Source: a virus
IMG/VR virus record: IMGVR_UViG_3300026549_000035
Coordinates: 1-32,917 of that record
Length of the DNA: 32,917 nt
Direction: 5' to 3' (one strand)
Shown in pieces: positions 1-8,319 of the stretch. The notes beneath the pieces were generated by a model that saw only the letters and a list, made by a program, of their open reading frames with translations, did not search any database and was not told where the DNA came from. The first letter of the stretch is position 1, and every line of letters starts with the position of its first letter. A program made the translations under genes and the position numbers.

Positions 1-88
<88 letters not shown>

Positions 89-96
89 ATGTATTT

Positions 97-125
97 ATTA
101 TAACACACTTTATTAGAAATGTCAA
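97..125 (-). promoter_or_regulatory. Sigma-A type promoter (TTGACA, 17 bp spacer, TATAAT) firing toward the poly(T) tract
   Basis: Minus strand reads TTGACAtttctaataaagtgtgtTATAAT. Positions 97-140 nearly duplicate the promoter block at 1113-1160. Confidence 0.6.
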
Positions 126-276
126 TAGTTTTCGGGAAAATTTTTTCTCGATTGCGCCCGGGCCAAATCAAAACAAAAAGAGCTAAATGGCTAGCCTCGT
201 GAAAATTCGACCGCATCGCGGTCTGTGTCGGTCACCATTCAGCAGGTGACTTTTCACAAAAGTCTTTTAATGGACA

Positions 277-348
277 CTAATCGCAACCAGTGGCACTGGC
301 GCAAACTTTAGCAATCAATAAAAGGGCTTTTACTAATTCAAGAGTCAT
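277..348 (-). CDS. Possible 23-aa hydrophobic peptide (MTLELVKALLLIAKVCASATGCD), apparently translationally coupled downstream of the AbrB-like gene
   Basis: AGGAG 9 nt upstream of the ATG. TAG stop. Followed by a structured ~150 nt 3' region with hairpins GTCACC..GGTGAC and GACCGC..GCGGTC. Confidence 0.3.
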   Translation of the reverse strand: MTLELVKALLLIAKVCASATGCD

Positions 349-367
349 AACATTTAGCTCCTTTCAA

Positions 368-619
368 TTATTTAGTTTTACTTTCAATAAGTTGTATTAA
401 TTTTTCGAATCGCTCATCAACTTCAAGGTCATCTTGCCAGTCTTGCCGCAATTCGTTTAAAACAGGAATAGTATCATTTTGACGTTTGCGTAAAATCAAT
501 TCACCATTGTCTTTTGGAATGATTTCAATTTCATCGCCACCCATCCAACGCAAAGCGCGTCTTACATCTCTTGGAATAGCGATACGTCCAATATCATCAA
601 TCTTTTTAATTATTACCAT
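368..619 (-). CDS. AbrB/MazE/SpoVT-family swapped-hairpin DNA-binding protein (83 aa)
   Basis: N-terminus MVIIKKIDDIGRIAIPRDVRRAL matches the IDxLGRIVIPxxxR AbrB-N motif. RBS GGATGTG. TAA stop. Own promoter at 646-674. Confidence 0.8.
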   Translation of the reverse strand: MVIIKKIDDIGRIAIPRDVRRALRWMGGDEIEIIPKDNGELILRKRQNDTIPVLNELRQDWQDDLEVDERFEKLIQLIESKTK

Positions 620-645
620 TTTATCACATCCTTTATTATAATAAA

Positions 646-674
646 ATTATAACAAATTTTTTCAAAAAAGTCAA
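646..674 (-). promoter_or_regulatory. Sigma-A type promoter TTGACT-17-TATAAT for the AbrB-like gene
   Basis: Minus strand reads TTGACTtttttgaaaaaatttgtTATAAT, followed by the RBS and the ATG. Confidence 0.7.
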
Positions 675-684
675 AAAAATCGGT

Positions 685-722
685 AAAAAACCCTAAAAAA
701 TCGTTATTTTTAGGGTTTTTTC
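685..722. terminator. Intrinsic terminator hairpin AACCCTAAAAA..TTTTTAGGGTT flanked by A and T runs, possibly bidirectional
   Basis: Inverted repeat with a T-tract on both strands, directly after the stop codon of gene 723..1091. Confidence 0.7.
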
Positions 723-1091
723 TTACTTTTTAGGTGGTCTATGCTTAATTAATGTGATAGAATAGTCATTTGAGCCAACAATTAGCGAAATTTCACGCTC
801 TTTTTTGATAATTGATACATCAAAACCGTCTTTTTCACTCAAAAAATCAGCAATTTCTTCAATAATTTGTCTTTTTTCAAGGTCAGGTTTACGTTCTCTT
901 TTAGTGAAATTATACGCTGTTTGTTTGCGTTCAGCCTGTCTATACTTACGGGTGCTTTTTTCTTGCTCAGGAGTTAAGTCAAATTCTGTCTTTTTTCCTT
1001 TGTCAACATCTTCATCATAGGCAAGAATTTCTCTGGCTTCTGCTTCTGAGATATCTAATTTTTTCATTAAAGATTGAATTTTTTCATTCAT
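723..1091 (-). CDS. Hypothetical protein (122 aa), paralog A1 of gene 3049..3417; both end KLIKHRPPKK
   Basis: Start chosen at MNEK, 7 nt after GGGGA. Promoter at 1122-1150. Clear sequence similarity to the 3049..3417 product. Confidence 0.7.
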   Translation of the reverse strand: MNEKIQSLMKKLDISEAEAREILAYDEDVDKGKKTEFDLTPEQEKSTRKYRQAERKQTAYNFTKRERKPDLEKRQIIEEIADFLSEKDGFDVSIIKKEREISLIVGSNDYSITLIKHRPPKK

Positions 1092-1121
1092 AAGCATTTC
1101 CCCTTTTTATTTGATGTATTT

Positions 1122-1150
1122 ATTATAACACATTTTTATTTAAATGTCAA
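1122..1150 (-). promoter_or_regulatory. Sigma-A type promoter TTGACA-17-TATAAT with CGCCCGGGCG palindrome 10 bp upstream of the -35
   Basis: Minus strand reads cgcccgggcgaaaaaactaTTGACAtttaaataaaaatgtgtTATAAT. Confidence 0.7.
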
Positions 1151-1174
1151 TAGTTTTTTCGCCCGGGCGAATCG

Positions 1175-1209
1175 CCCCCCTAAGGGGGCTGAGGGGTTAA
1201 CCCTCAGCC
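1175..1209 (-). other. Tandem GC-rich hairpins (CCCCCCTAAGGGGG and GGCTGAGGGGTTAACCCTCAGCC) at the 3' end of gene 1197..1565
   Basis: The stop codon of the gene lies inside the second hairpin. A near-identical hairpin recurs at 11893-11915. Confidence 0.5.
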
Positions 1210-1565
1210 ACGATACGGAAGTAGGTTCTCCGCTTCTCGGAGTACTTCTCAACCTTGCCTGCTTCAATAAGCTGGCGCATGAGAGCGGAAACGTGCTGAT
1301 TACTGTCGCCTTCAAGCTCAGCGATAGCCTTAAGCAAATCGGAAACAGTGAATCCAGTGTCCGCATTATCAGCAAGGAAATCAACGATAACTTCTTTCAG
1401 TTCCTCGTTTTTAACCTGCTGAGCGGTCAGCTTCTTGGGAGAAGCATTTTTCTTGTCAAGCTGTTCGACCATCTTGGTCAGCTTAGCAATAACTTCAGCA
1501 GGAGCGTCAGTTAGATGGTCGATGGCGTAGGTCAGAGCCTTGCGATTAGTCATCTTGTCGTTCAT
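1197..1565 (-). CDS. Hypothetical winged-helix-like protein (122 aa), paralog B1 of gene 4127..4492
   Basis: Both paralogs share KLTKMVEQLDKKNASPKKLTAQQVKNEELKEVIVDFLADN. RBS AGGAT. Tandem promoters at ~1600-1650 and ~1745-1790 with a conserved TATTACAGTCAAGGG leader. Confidence 0.7.
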   Translation of the reverse strand: MNDKMTNRKALTYAIDHLTDAPAEVIAKLTKMVEQLDKKNASPKKLTAQQVKNEELKEVIVDFLADNADTGFTVSDLLKAIAELEGDSNQHVSALMRQLIEAGKVEKYSEKRRTYFRIVAEG

Positions 1566-1954
1566 AGTATCAAATCCTTTCTGGTTTATTGGGTTTTCCT
1601 TCCCTTACTGTAGTTTTATTATAGCACATTCAGCGCTGATTGTCAAGGGTTTTTTCAAACTTTTTTTATTTTTTATTTTGAACGCCTACTCGTCAGTAGT
1701 TCGGGCAAGGACTAAGTCGTGCTCGCTCTCCGTTCCCTTGACTGTAATACTATTATAACACATTTATAAAAAAATACAAGTGGTAAAATCTACAGAGTTC
1801 GTCTAAATTTTTAACACTTTTTCATGCAAAATGCCAGAACCCCCGGGCGCCATAGGCTTTGAAAGTTTTTCATTTTTTTCTATTATTATTATATAATATT
1901 TTTTTATAAAAATCAATTGGTTCCCCGCTCTTTTCAGAATGGGGAACCTCATGA

Positions 1955-2527
1955 TTAGGCAACAGCGGAAACACCGCTATCCAAATAACTTTTTACGATT
2001 TTGTTAAATGTCAGCGTAGGAATGTCAACACCGAAAAATCGGTCGTTTTTCTTGAAAGCGTCAGGGAATCTGTGAATAAAAGCGGCTCTTGTGACCGATT
2101 CTGCACCCTCGGCAGGATAAGCACCGCAGTCAATTACAGAACAAATATCGGCTGATTCAACAGGAATACCACGCTTTTTATAATACTTGATTTCTTCTTT
2201 CAGTCTTTGCTCAGGTAATCGAGTAGTTGTACCGACCTTTGAGCAAATCAGCTCGCCGTTACTGTCATAGAACTTGTATAAATACACAAGCTGTTTACCG
2301 CCCCTTAAAACCTTTTTAGCTTTCAGGGTAATGTGATAAAATGTCTTGCAGGCTTTTTCTAAAAGTCCAGCAAACTTTTTCACATAACGCTTAATCGTTG
2401 ATTCTGCGTAACCAGTCCATTTCTTGATTTCTTCGGGGGTAAATCCATGACTGTCAAGATAAACCACCTGTAAATGTTTCTTGTCTGTATCCTCAAAACT
2501 TTGGAACACCTCAATTTTCTTTGCCAT
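1955..2527 (-). CDS. Hypothetical protein (190 aa) with a possible N-terminal HTH
   Basis: Start at ATG (MAKKIEV), 10 nt after AAAGGA. The GTG chosen by the ORF caller lies upstream. Promoter TTGACAactggcacagaatgtgcTATAAT at ~2555-2585. Hairpin terminator GGTTCCCC..GGGGAACC at ~1925-1955. Confidence 0.65.
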   Translation of the reverse strand: MAKKIEVFQSFEDTDKKHLQVVYLDSHGFTPEEIKKWTGYAESTIKRYVKKFAGLLEKACKTFYHITLKAKKVLRGGKQLVYLYKFYDSNGELICSKVGTTTRLPEQRLKEEIKYYKKRGIPVESADICSVIDCGAYPAEGAESVTRAAFIHRFPDAFKKNDRFFGVDIPTLTFNKIVKSYLDSGVSAVA

Positions 2528-2589
2528 TTTAACCACGTCCTTTTCTTTAGTGTTTTAATTATAGCACATTCTGTGCCAGTTGTCAAGCG

Positions 2590-2763
2590 TTATCTGTCAA
2601 AAATTGCAATAATAATTGCACAAAGAATGACAATAGCCAGAGGAATCCAGAAGGGGGCAAGAACCCACCACCAAGACCAAGTAATTACGCCGACAAGCTT
2701 CAAGATGATAAAGACAATTCCAAGAACGTCACATACGCCTAAGCCTACAACTTTAGTGTCCAT
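2590..2763 (-). CDS. Small membrane protein (57 aa, two predicted TM segments; the sequence includes a WSWWW motif)
   Basis: Not in the ORF track because it is <60 aa. Promoter TTGACAttctacaacaagtatgcTATAAT and RBS GAAAGGAGAG precede the ATG. Confidence 0.5.
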   Translation of the reverse strand: MDTKVVGLGVCDVLGIVFIILKLVGVITWSWWWVLAPFWIPLAIVILCAIIIAIFDR

Positions 2764-2832
2764 CTTTTTCTCTCCTTTCTCTCTTGATTACAATGTTATT
2801 ATAGCATACTTGTTGTAGAATGTCAATAGTTA

Positions 2833-3036
2833 TTACAAAATTGTAACCGCGCCCGGGCGAAAAAAGGGCGGGGAACGCCCACTTGGAAAAGGCGTTCCCT
2901 CGTTAATAATAAGTGTGATTATTTTCGGTTGCGGGCGAGGAAGTTTAGGAGCTTCTTGCCTTTTCTCGAACTCCTCAACCTCAAGAATAAAAGAGTCAAA
3001 AAAATCCAGAAAATCAGAATAACTTGTGTAATACAT
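2833..3036 (-). CDS. Hypothetical protein (67 aa), translationally coupled to gene 3049..3417
   Basis: Strong RBS GGAGGtttagaATG. The C-terminal part of the ORF runs through a terminator-like hairpin, so its extent is uncertain. Confidence 0.4.
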   Translation of the reverse strand: MYYTSYSDFLDFFDSFILEVEEFEKRQEAPKLPRPQPKIITLIINEGTPFPSGRSPPFFRPGAVTIL

Positions 3037-3048
3037 TCTAAACCTCCA

Positions 3049-3417
3049 TTACTTTTTAGGCGGGCGATGTTTAATCAGCTTCACCGAATAGCTATCACCT
3101 TTGAAAGTGAAATGTAAATCAGTTTCATTTTTCAAGGGTTCTGTGATTGCGCCCATGCCTTCCAAAAGAACACGAATACAGTTAATAATTTCTTTCTTGA
3201 TTTTATCAACTTTTCGCTCTCTTTTTACAGGGGTGCGTTTTTTCGAGCCTACCTTAGAAGCAGATTTTATCGCTTTTTTCTGCTCTGCCGTTAAATCAGA
3301 CTGAGCTTCTTTTACCGACATTTTGTCGATTTCTTCATCTTCTTCAAGAAGTTGAATAGCTTCTTCTCTGGAACATTCAAGCGTTTTCATCAGCTTTTGG
3401 ATTCGTTCTTCATTCAT
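3049..3417 (-). CDS. Hypothetical protein (122 aa), paralog A2 of gene 723..1091
   Basis: Start MNEER after AGAGGTG. Promoter TTGACAttttaatcaaaacgtgtTATAAT at ~3445-3480. Confidence 0.7.
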   Translation of the reverse strand: MNEERIQKLMKTLECSREEAIQLLEEDEEIDKMSVKEAQSDLTAEQKKAIKSASKVGSKKRTPVKRERKVDKIKKEIINCIRVLLEGMGAITEPLKNETDLHFTFKGDSYSVKLIKHRPPKK

Positions 3418-3479
3418 TATTAGCACCTCTCTTTCAGTGTCTTTATTATAACACGTTTTGATTAAAATGTCAATACTTT

Positions 3480-3850
3480 TTTAACAAAAAAAAATCAAAA
3501 TGTGGAGCTTTCATTATGGGGGCGGATCTGTGGATGTTATGGTTACCCTCACCGCCCAATGCTATGTTTTTTGAGTTTTCCTCTCAAAACTCCTAGCTAA
3601 AAACATAGAAAAGACTGGAAAAAGCCACCCCGCTTTTTTTAGTTGTTTTTTAGGTAAAAACATAGAAATGGGAGGTTGAAAACTAAAAAACTGAGCACTT
3701 TCTTTAAATATTTTTTCTTCTTGAAAAATTTTTGCCGCACTCATAGCCGTATTCTAATAAGTCACCAACACATCCATTATTTATTACTCATAGGGTCTTG
3801 ATGTTGGGTATCCCTCGTATAGTCCTAAAGATGAGGTACCTATCTCCTTA
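3480..3850 (-). ncRNA. Candidate non-coding or leader transcript driven by a duplicated ~90-bp promoter cassette (TTGACT-17-TATACT) at ~3855-3935
   Basis: No ATG-initiated ORF with an RBS. The only ORF (3562..3744, 60 aa) is low-complexity with no SD. Internal direct repeats TAAAAACATAGAAA. Ends in a GGGCGG..CCGCCC hairpin plus a U9 tract. Confidence 0.35.
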
Positions 3851-4000
3851 GAACACTTATAGTATAACACATAAAAGGTAAAAAGTCAATAGTTTTTTGA
3901 AAATTTTTTTCGTTATTTTTTTTAACAGGCACCCGGGCGCAAAGCCTGCGGAAATCCGCAGGCTAAGCACAGAAAGGAGGACTCAAAAATGAGGAGTTAT

Positions 4001-4075
4001 TGGTGCGTATAGTGGGAGTCGAACCCACCTAAACACGATTAAAAGTCGTGTGCATAGCCGCTTTGCTACATACGC
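4001..4075 (-). tRNA. tRNA-Lys, anticodon UUU, with an encoded CCA
   Basis: Acceptor stem GCGTATG/TATACGC (six Watson-Crick pairs plus one G-U). D-loop contains GG. Anticodon stem CACGA/TCGTG with loop CTTTTAA. T-arm GTGGG-TTCGACT-CCCAC. Discriminator A then CCA. Co-transcribed downstream of gene 4127..4492. Confidence 0.85.
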
Positions 4076-4126
4076 ATGATAGGGGGTGGGGGGATTTCGC
4101 TCCCCCCACGGAGCGGACTGAGGGAA

Positions 4127-4492
4127 TTAACCCGCAATCTTGAAGTAAGTCCGACGCTTCTCGGAGTATTTCTCGACCTTGTTCGCTTCAACGAGCTGAC
4201 GCATGAGAGCGGAAACGTGCTGATTGCTGTCACCTTCAAGCTCTGTGACAGACTTGATAAGGTCAGTGACCGTGAAGCCCTCATTCTCGTTATCAGCGAG
4301 GAAATCAACAATGACCTCTTTCAGCTCTTCGTTCTTGACCTGCTGAGCGGTCAGCTTCTTGGGAGAAGCGTTCTTCTTCTCCAACTGCTCCACCATCTTC
4401 TGAAGCTTTGCGGTAACTTCGGAATTGCTGTCACCGATAGCGTCGATGGCAAAAAGCAGGGCGGTCTTGTTAGTCATCTTGGTATTACTCAT
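4127..4492 (-). CDS. Hypothetical winged-helix-like protein (121 aa), paralog B2 of gene 1197..1565
   Basis: High sequence identity to 1197..1565. Tandem promoters at ~4545-4580 and ~4715-4760. Confidence 0.7.
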   Translation of the reverse strand: MSNTKMTNKTALLFAIDAIGDSNSEVTAKLQKMVEQLEKKNASPKKLTAQQVKNEELKEVIVDFLADNENEGFTVTDLIKSVTELEGDSNQHVSALMRQLVEANKVEKYSEKRRTYFKIAG

Positions 4493-4834
4493 AGTATCAA
4501 ATCCTTTCTGGTTTATTGGGTTTTCCTTCCCTTACTGTAGTTTTATTATAACACACCTTGCGGTAAAAGTCAAGGGTTTTTTCAAAGTTTTTTGAAAAAA
4601 TTTCTTCAAGTGTTGCAACTGCAATTCGGCTGTGCCTGTCCATTCTCGTAACCCCGTTAGGGATTGGTCATCAAATCACATAGGTCTTGGCTTGCTTGCC
4701 CTTGCCCTTGACTGTAATATTATTATAGCACATTCTCAAAAAAATGCAATAGGCAAAATGCACAAATCGGTCTAAATTTTTAACACTTTTTTGTGCATTT
4801 TGCGGGTGGCGCCCGGGCGCCCAAGGGCAGGCTG

Positions 4835-5332
4835 TTAGCCCACCCATGAGTAAACCTTGACTTTGGGAGTAATAGTCTTTTTAACCTTTTGCCATGTACC
4901 ACCATGTTCACGCCAGTCATATTTCGGATTAGGAATTGTATAGTTATTCCCATCATCATCGTGAACAATCAGCTCACGAGGCGGTGCCTCAGGGTTATCT
5001 ACCCAGTCTTCAACTTCAATAGTGATAGGTTCTCCATCAATTATCTCAGTCTTGATAATACCTTTATCAGAGAGAATTTTCATAACTCTGCCAATAAAGC
5101 TCGACCAGCTCCGAGCTTCTTTAGTACGCCCATAGGAGGTGTAGTCAAGAGAGCTTGAAAACTTACGAATAGCGTGCTTAGAATACTCCTCTCCCATGAT
5201 AGCGATACCAATTTCTTTACAGGTCATAGGCTTTGTTGCAGAGCGCAGAATATCAAGGACGATTTCGGTATTTGAGATTGTTTTCTTAGACTTTCTTGCT
5301 CCTACAAAAATTTCTTCATAACTTAATGACAT
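4835..5332 (-). CDS. Hypothetical protein (165 aa)
   Basis: ORF with promoter TAGACA-17-TATAAT at ~5385-5430. Terminator-like GGGTGG..CCACCC hairpin enclosing GCGCCCGGGCGC at ~4800-4835. Confidence 0.65.
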   Translation of the reverse strand: MSLSYEEIFVGARKSKKTISNTEIVLDILRSATKPMTCKEIGIAIMGEEYSKHAIRKFSSSLDYTSYGRTKEARSWSSFIGRVMKILSDKGIIKTEIIDGEPITIEVEDWVDNPEAPPRELIVHDDDGNNYTIPNPKYDWREHGGTWQKVKKTITPKVKVYSWVG

Positions 5333-5511
5333 TTTAAAATCTCCTTTTATTTATTTGATGGGGCTTGGCTTCCCTTCCCTCATCTGACATACTTATTATA
5401 ACAGATAATTTTCATTTTGTCTATTGGCAAATTGTATAAATATGGGTCTAAATTTTTAATATTTTTATACAGATTGTTAAACATACTGACAAAGCCCGAA
5501 GGGGCTAAGCA

Positions 5512-5703
5512 TTATTTAGAACGCTTAGCCCTACAAGCTTTGCACATCAGCGGTGAAGTTGCAACCGCAACCAACACGCACATGATACAGCCCAAAATGC
5601 GGAAGAAATCAAACTCACCAAGAGTGAATCCAAAAACATACAGACCCGCAAAAAAGGCACAAAGATAAGAAATGACGAACTTTACAATGTTGAGAACTTT
5701 CAT
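5512..5703 (-). CDS. Small membrane protein (63 aa)
   Basis: Hydrophobic ORF. Promoter TTGTTG..TATAAT and RBS AAAGGGG at ~5705-5760. Hairpin terminator GGGCTAAGC..GCTTAGCCC at ~5480-5512. Confidence 0.55.
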   Translation of the reverse strand: MKVLNIVKFVISYLCAFFAGLYVFGFTLGEFDFFRILGCIMCVLVAVATSPLMCKACRAKRSK

Positions 5704-5869
5704 AATTCACAACCCCTTTCTTTGTTGTGTCTTTATTATAGCATACCTTTTGGAAAAAATCAACAACAGGGTTGTCATTTTTCGGTTACAGAATTTTAAC
5801 CAGCCCGGGCGCAAGAGGGCGTTTATGAAAATGAAATGAAAAATGAGAAAATACTTATAAAAATGAAAT

Positions 5870-6162
5870 AAAAAAGGAAATGGATAGGCTATTGCCTACC
5901 CAAATCCTATACGTATTATAAAACAGAAAAAAGAGGAGGAATCTCAAAATCTGCGTAGTATTGGAAAGGAGTTGCCGTCGTCCAGTCCACACTCACTTAC
6001 AACGGCTGTGAGTTGTCTTTGCCTCACTAATTTTTATACCGCAAGGTGGTCTTACCTGACAAGTATCCTGTCTTGTGCGCTAACCCCACGTCGCTTACAC
6101 TTTTGCCACTGCTGGAAGAAGGCTCAATGCTTGCGGTCGAAAGAAGTTCTATCTCTCTTTTA
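5870..6162 (-). ncRNA. Candidate ~290-nt non-coding RNA (unit 2)
   Basis: Promoter TTGACTttttcattaaagtatgtTATAAT at ~6168-6203. The transcribed minus strand contains no AUG. Ends in an 8-bp hairpin GGGUAGGC..GCCUAUCC followed by a U-rich tract at ~5870-5901. Confidence 0.4.
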
Positions 6163-6209
6163 GTGTCTTTATTATAACATACTTTAATGAAAAAGTCAAG
6201 AGATTTTTA

Positions 6210-6565
6210 AAAATTTTTTTCTATCGTGAATGGGGGCAAAAGAGCTGGACTTACATTATCTTCTCAAATGCCGTCGTAATGCCCCCATTGAACGAGAGTT
6301 CCCTCATTGTCGGTCACTCTAAACCCATGCAAGAAGTTCTTTTGCCACTCTAACGCAGGCAAAAAGCTACTCACGTTCAAAAAGCCCCGCGTTGCTACCG
6401 CACTTGTTATTGTTCTTCACTCTTGAAAACAATCCATCTTCCGAGGCAGCGTTGAACACTACTCTGAAAAGTCACCAAGCCCGTTTTTTTTACTACTCAT
6501 GGGAGACTACTGGAACTCCCCTTTGTAGTTCCAAGTTCGTGGCGCCCTCTCCCTTGGAACACTTA
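6210..6565 (-). ncRNA. Candidate ~350-nt structured non-coding RNA (unit 1)
   Basis: Driven by the second copy of the ~90-bp promoter cassette (TTGACT-17-TATACT) at ~6575-6640. Strong stems (GGGAGA..UCUCCC, AAUGGGGGCA..UGCCCCCAUU, CUUUUGCC..GGCAAAAG). Only 13-17 codon AUG ORFs without an RBS. Confidence 0.35.
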
Positions 6566-6663
6566 TAGTATAACACATAAAAGGTAAAAAGTCAATAGTT
6601 TTTTGAAAAATTTTTTTCGTTATTTTTTTAACAAATGCCCGGGCGCGCACTAAGAGTTTTCCC

Positions 6664-7014
6664 TTAGTGCGTAAAATGAATGAACTGTTGAGCAGGTTCC
6701 CATTTCAGGTCATCCCATAGGAAATCTAATAAATTGTATTTTTTAAAGAGCCTATCAAAAGCGAATCTGGTAGGAATATCTAAGAGTTTAGAGCTTGGTA
6801 TTACTGAATTAGAATCTTCATCAAGATAAAAAACAATTCCTAAGAAGTAGCCCTCATCTGTCCAAGTGCTAATAATCGGACAGTATTTTTCATCAAAAAA
6901 TTCTTCAAATTCTTCTTCTGTCATTCCTTGCTCAAGAAACTTATCTAAAAGTTTGTCCCTTGTTTCAGAATCAATAACGATACCATATCCAACAGCATAA
7001 CTATCTTCTATCAT
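6664..7014 (-). CDS. Hypothetical acidic protein (116 aa), second gene of a two-gene operon
   Basis: RBS GGAGGAAtataatcATG directly after the stop of 7017..7271. Its TAA stop lies inside the terminator hairpin GCACTAAG..CTTAGTGC, next to GCGCCCGGGC. Confidence 0.65.
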   Translation of the reverse strand: MIEDSYAVGYGIVIDSETRDKLLDKFLEQGMTEEEFEEFFDEKYCPIISTWTDEGYFLGIVFYLDEDSNSVIPSSKLLDIPTRFAFDRLFKKYNLLDFLWDDLKWEPAQQFIHFTH

Positions 7015-7016
7015 GA

Positions 7017-7271
7017 TTATATTCCTCCATTATACAATAAACATAAAAAATAAATATTTAATACTGCACTTGAAAGGTGCATTACTAATCCACTTACTCT
7101 GCGGTCAGTGGTTAAATCTCGGATTATTCCTACCACAGCGATACCTAAACCAAGCCAAGAAATAGAAAGACCGAAGCACATAATAAGTATTACATTGATT
7201 ACCATAGCAACACAGCGCAGGTCATTCCATTCAAAGATGTAAGGCTCAGTAATATTGAAAAATCTCTTCAT
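7017..7271 (-). CDS. Small membrane protein (84 aa)
   Basis: Start MKRFF after AGAGGAG. Promoter TTGACAaataatttaaaacatgaTATAAT (extended -10 TGaTATAAT) at ~7285-7320. Confidence 0.6.
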   Translation of the reverse strand: MKRFFNITEPYIFEWNDLRCVAMVINVILIMCFGLSISWLGLGIAVVGIIRDLTTDRRVSGLVMHLSSAVLNIYFLCLLYNGGI

Positions 7272-7320
7272 CTTTATCAGCTCCTCTCTTTTTTCTATAT
7301 ATATTATATCATGTTTTAAA

Positions 7321-7446
7321 TTATTTGTCAAGCATTTCTTTATCCCAATCATCAAGAGCTTCCTTGCTCTGGTCGAGCCACGCGCCGAGGCTCGCGTCGC
7401 TCTCCACTTTCGAACTATATAAAAGCCATATAGGGGCTGTTGACAT
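7321..7446 (-). CDS. Small acidic protein (41 aa; MSTAPIWLLYSSKVESDASLGAWLDQSKEALDDWDKEMLDK)
   Basis: Missed by the ORF track because it is <60 aa. Strong RBS GGAAAGGAGAGG. Promoter TTGACAaagtggcacggggtgtgcTATAAT at ~7525-7560. Its last codons (L D K, then stop) are encoded by the -35 TTGACAAATAA of the next promoter. Confidence 0.45.
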   Translation of the reverse strand: MSTAPIWLLYSSKVESDASLGAWLDQSKEALDDWDKEMLDK

Positions 7447-7559
7447 GATTTCCTCTCCTTTCCACTTTCACACTTTACTGCGGTAAAGCCCCTCTCTCCC
7501 CTCGCAGGGGCGGGCTTCCGACACCTTTATTATAGCACACCCCGTGCCACTTTGTCAAG

Positions 7560-7790
7560 TTACAATTTTGTAACCTTTTCGTGCTTTAACGTATTAAAGC
7601 GTAGCGGTTTAACGTTTTAGTGTGCTAAAGTACTTTCGGGATTTACCATGTTAGCACTTTAACGTGTTAAAGCGTAACGATTTATTGCTTTAACGCTTTA
7701 GTGCGTGAAAACGGGTCGCGGCACCCAATCGCGACCCGCCGAATGCATAATTATTCATGGGTATGCTTGCATAAATATGCAAAAAAGGAT
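7560..7790. promoter_or_regulatory. Repeat-rich intergenic regulatory region: TTGTAAC direct repeats, multiple GCTTTAAC/GTTAAAGC palindromes, TTGCATAAATATGCAA, and the GC hairpin GGGTCGCG..CGCGACCC
   Basis: Iteron-like repeats read directly from the sequence. Architecture mirrors 9895-10095. Confidence 0.5.
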
Positions 7791-7848
7791 TGAGGTTAAT
7801 TCTCAACCCTTTATAAGTTTGTGTAGCGGTTTGGATTTTGAGGAAAAG

Positions 7849-8250
7849 CTATTTTAACTTTTCCTCAAGCCATGCTAACATTTTTTTACTTTCATCACGC
7901 AAGCGGATTTTTTCAGCTCCGCCATTTTTTTCGCTCTCTCTGGTAACGTAACCAAAAGCATTTACAAAAGCGATATACTCAGCTTTTTCCATAACGTAGG
8001 CTGTGCCGTTTCTGGTAGCGTAAATGTAAAGGTCAGAAGCGTCAAGGTCAAGGTATCTTTCAAGGTCTGTGCCTTTGCAGATAGAAGCCTTTGCGCTTTT
8101 CACTTGGAAGTTAAGAACATCAGCCCCTTTGTCAAATCTCAGGTTATCAGCCTTTAGGATTTCACCTGTTAAATGAAATCTGATTGACTGCTCTGCGTTT
8201 TGTCCGTGATTGCGGTAGTTGTTAAGATAAGTGAAAGTAAATGCTCTCAT
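7849..8250 (-). CDS. Hypothetical protein (133 aa)
   Basis: Start MRAF after AAAGGA. Promoter TTGACAagCCCGGGCtgatgtgcTATAAT at ~8255-8310. Imperfect hairpin terminator at ~7775-7812. Confidence 0.65.
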   Translation of the reverse strand: MRAFTFTYLNNYRNHGQNAEQSIRFHLTGEILKADNLRFDKGADVLNFQVKSAKASICKGTDLERYLDLDASDLYIYATRNGTAYVMEKAEYIAFVNAFGYVTRESEKNGGAEKIRLRDESKKMLAWLEEKLK

Positions 8251-8319
8251 TTTTCGATCGTCCTTTCGTCTTTCGTTAATACTATTATAGCACATCAGCC
8301 CGGGCTTGTCAAGCCTTTT

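Noticed and set aside
1074-1514. Plus-strand ORF of 146 aa (and its counterpart 4076..4540, 154 aa)
   Set aside because: Both lie antisense to the minus-strand paralogs 1197..1565 and 4127..4492. They have no promoter or RBS. Their apparent conservation merely reflects the duplicated sense genes.
3562-3744. 60-aa minus-strand ORF inside the putative non-coding transcript
   Set aside because: No Shine-Dalgarno sequence. Low-complexity product. Ends in TAG. Kept only as a remote possibility within the ncRNA call.
4001-4075. Possibility that the tRNA is the amber (TAG) suppressor
   Set aside because: The anticodon loop reads CUUUUAA, so the anticodon is UUU (Lys), not CUA.
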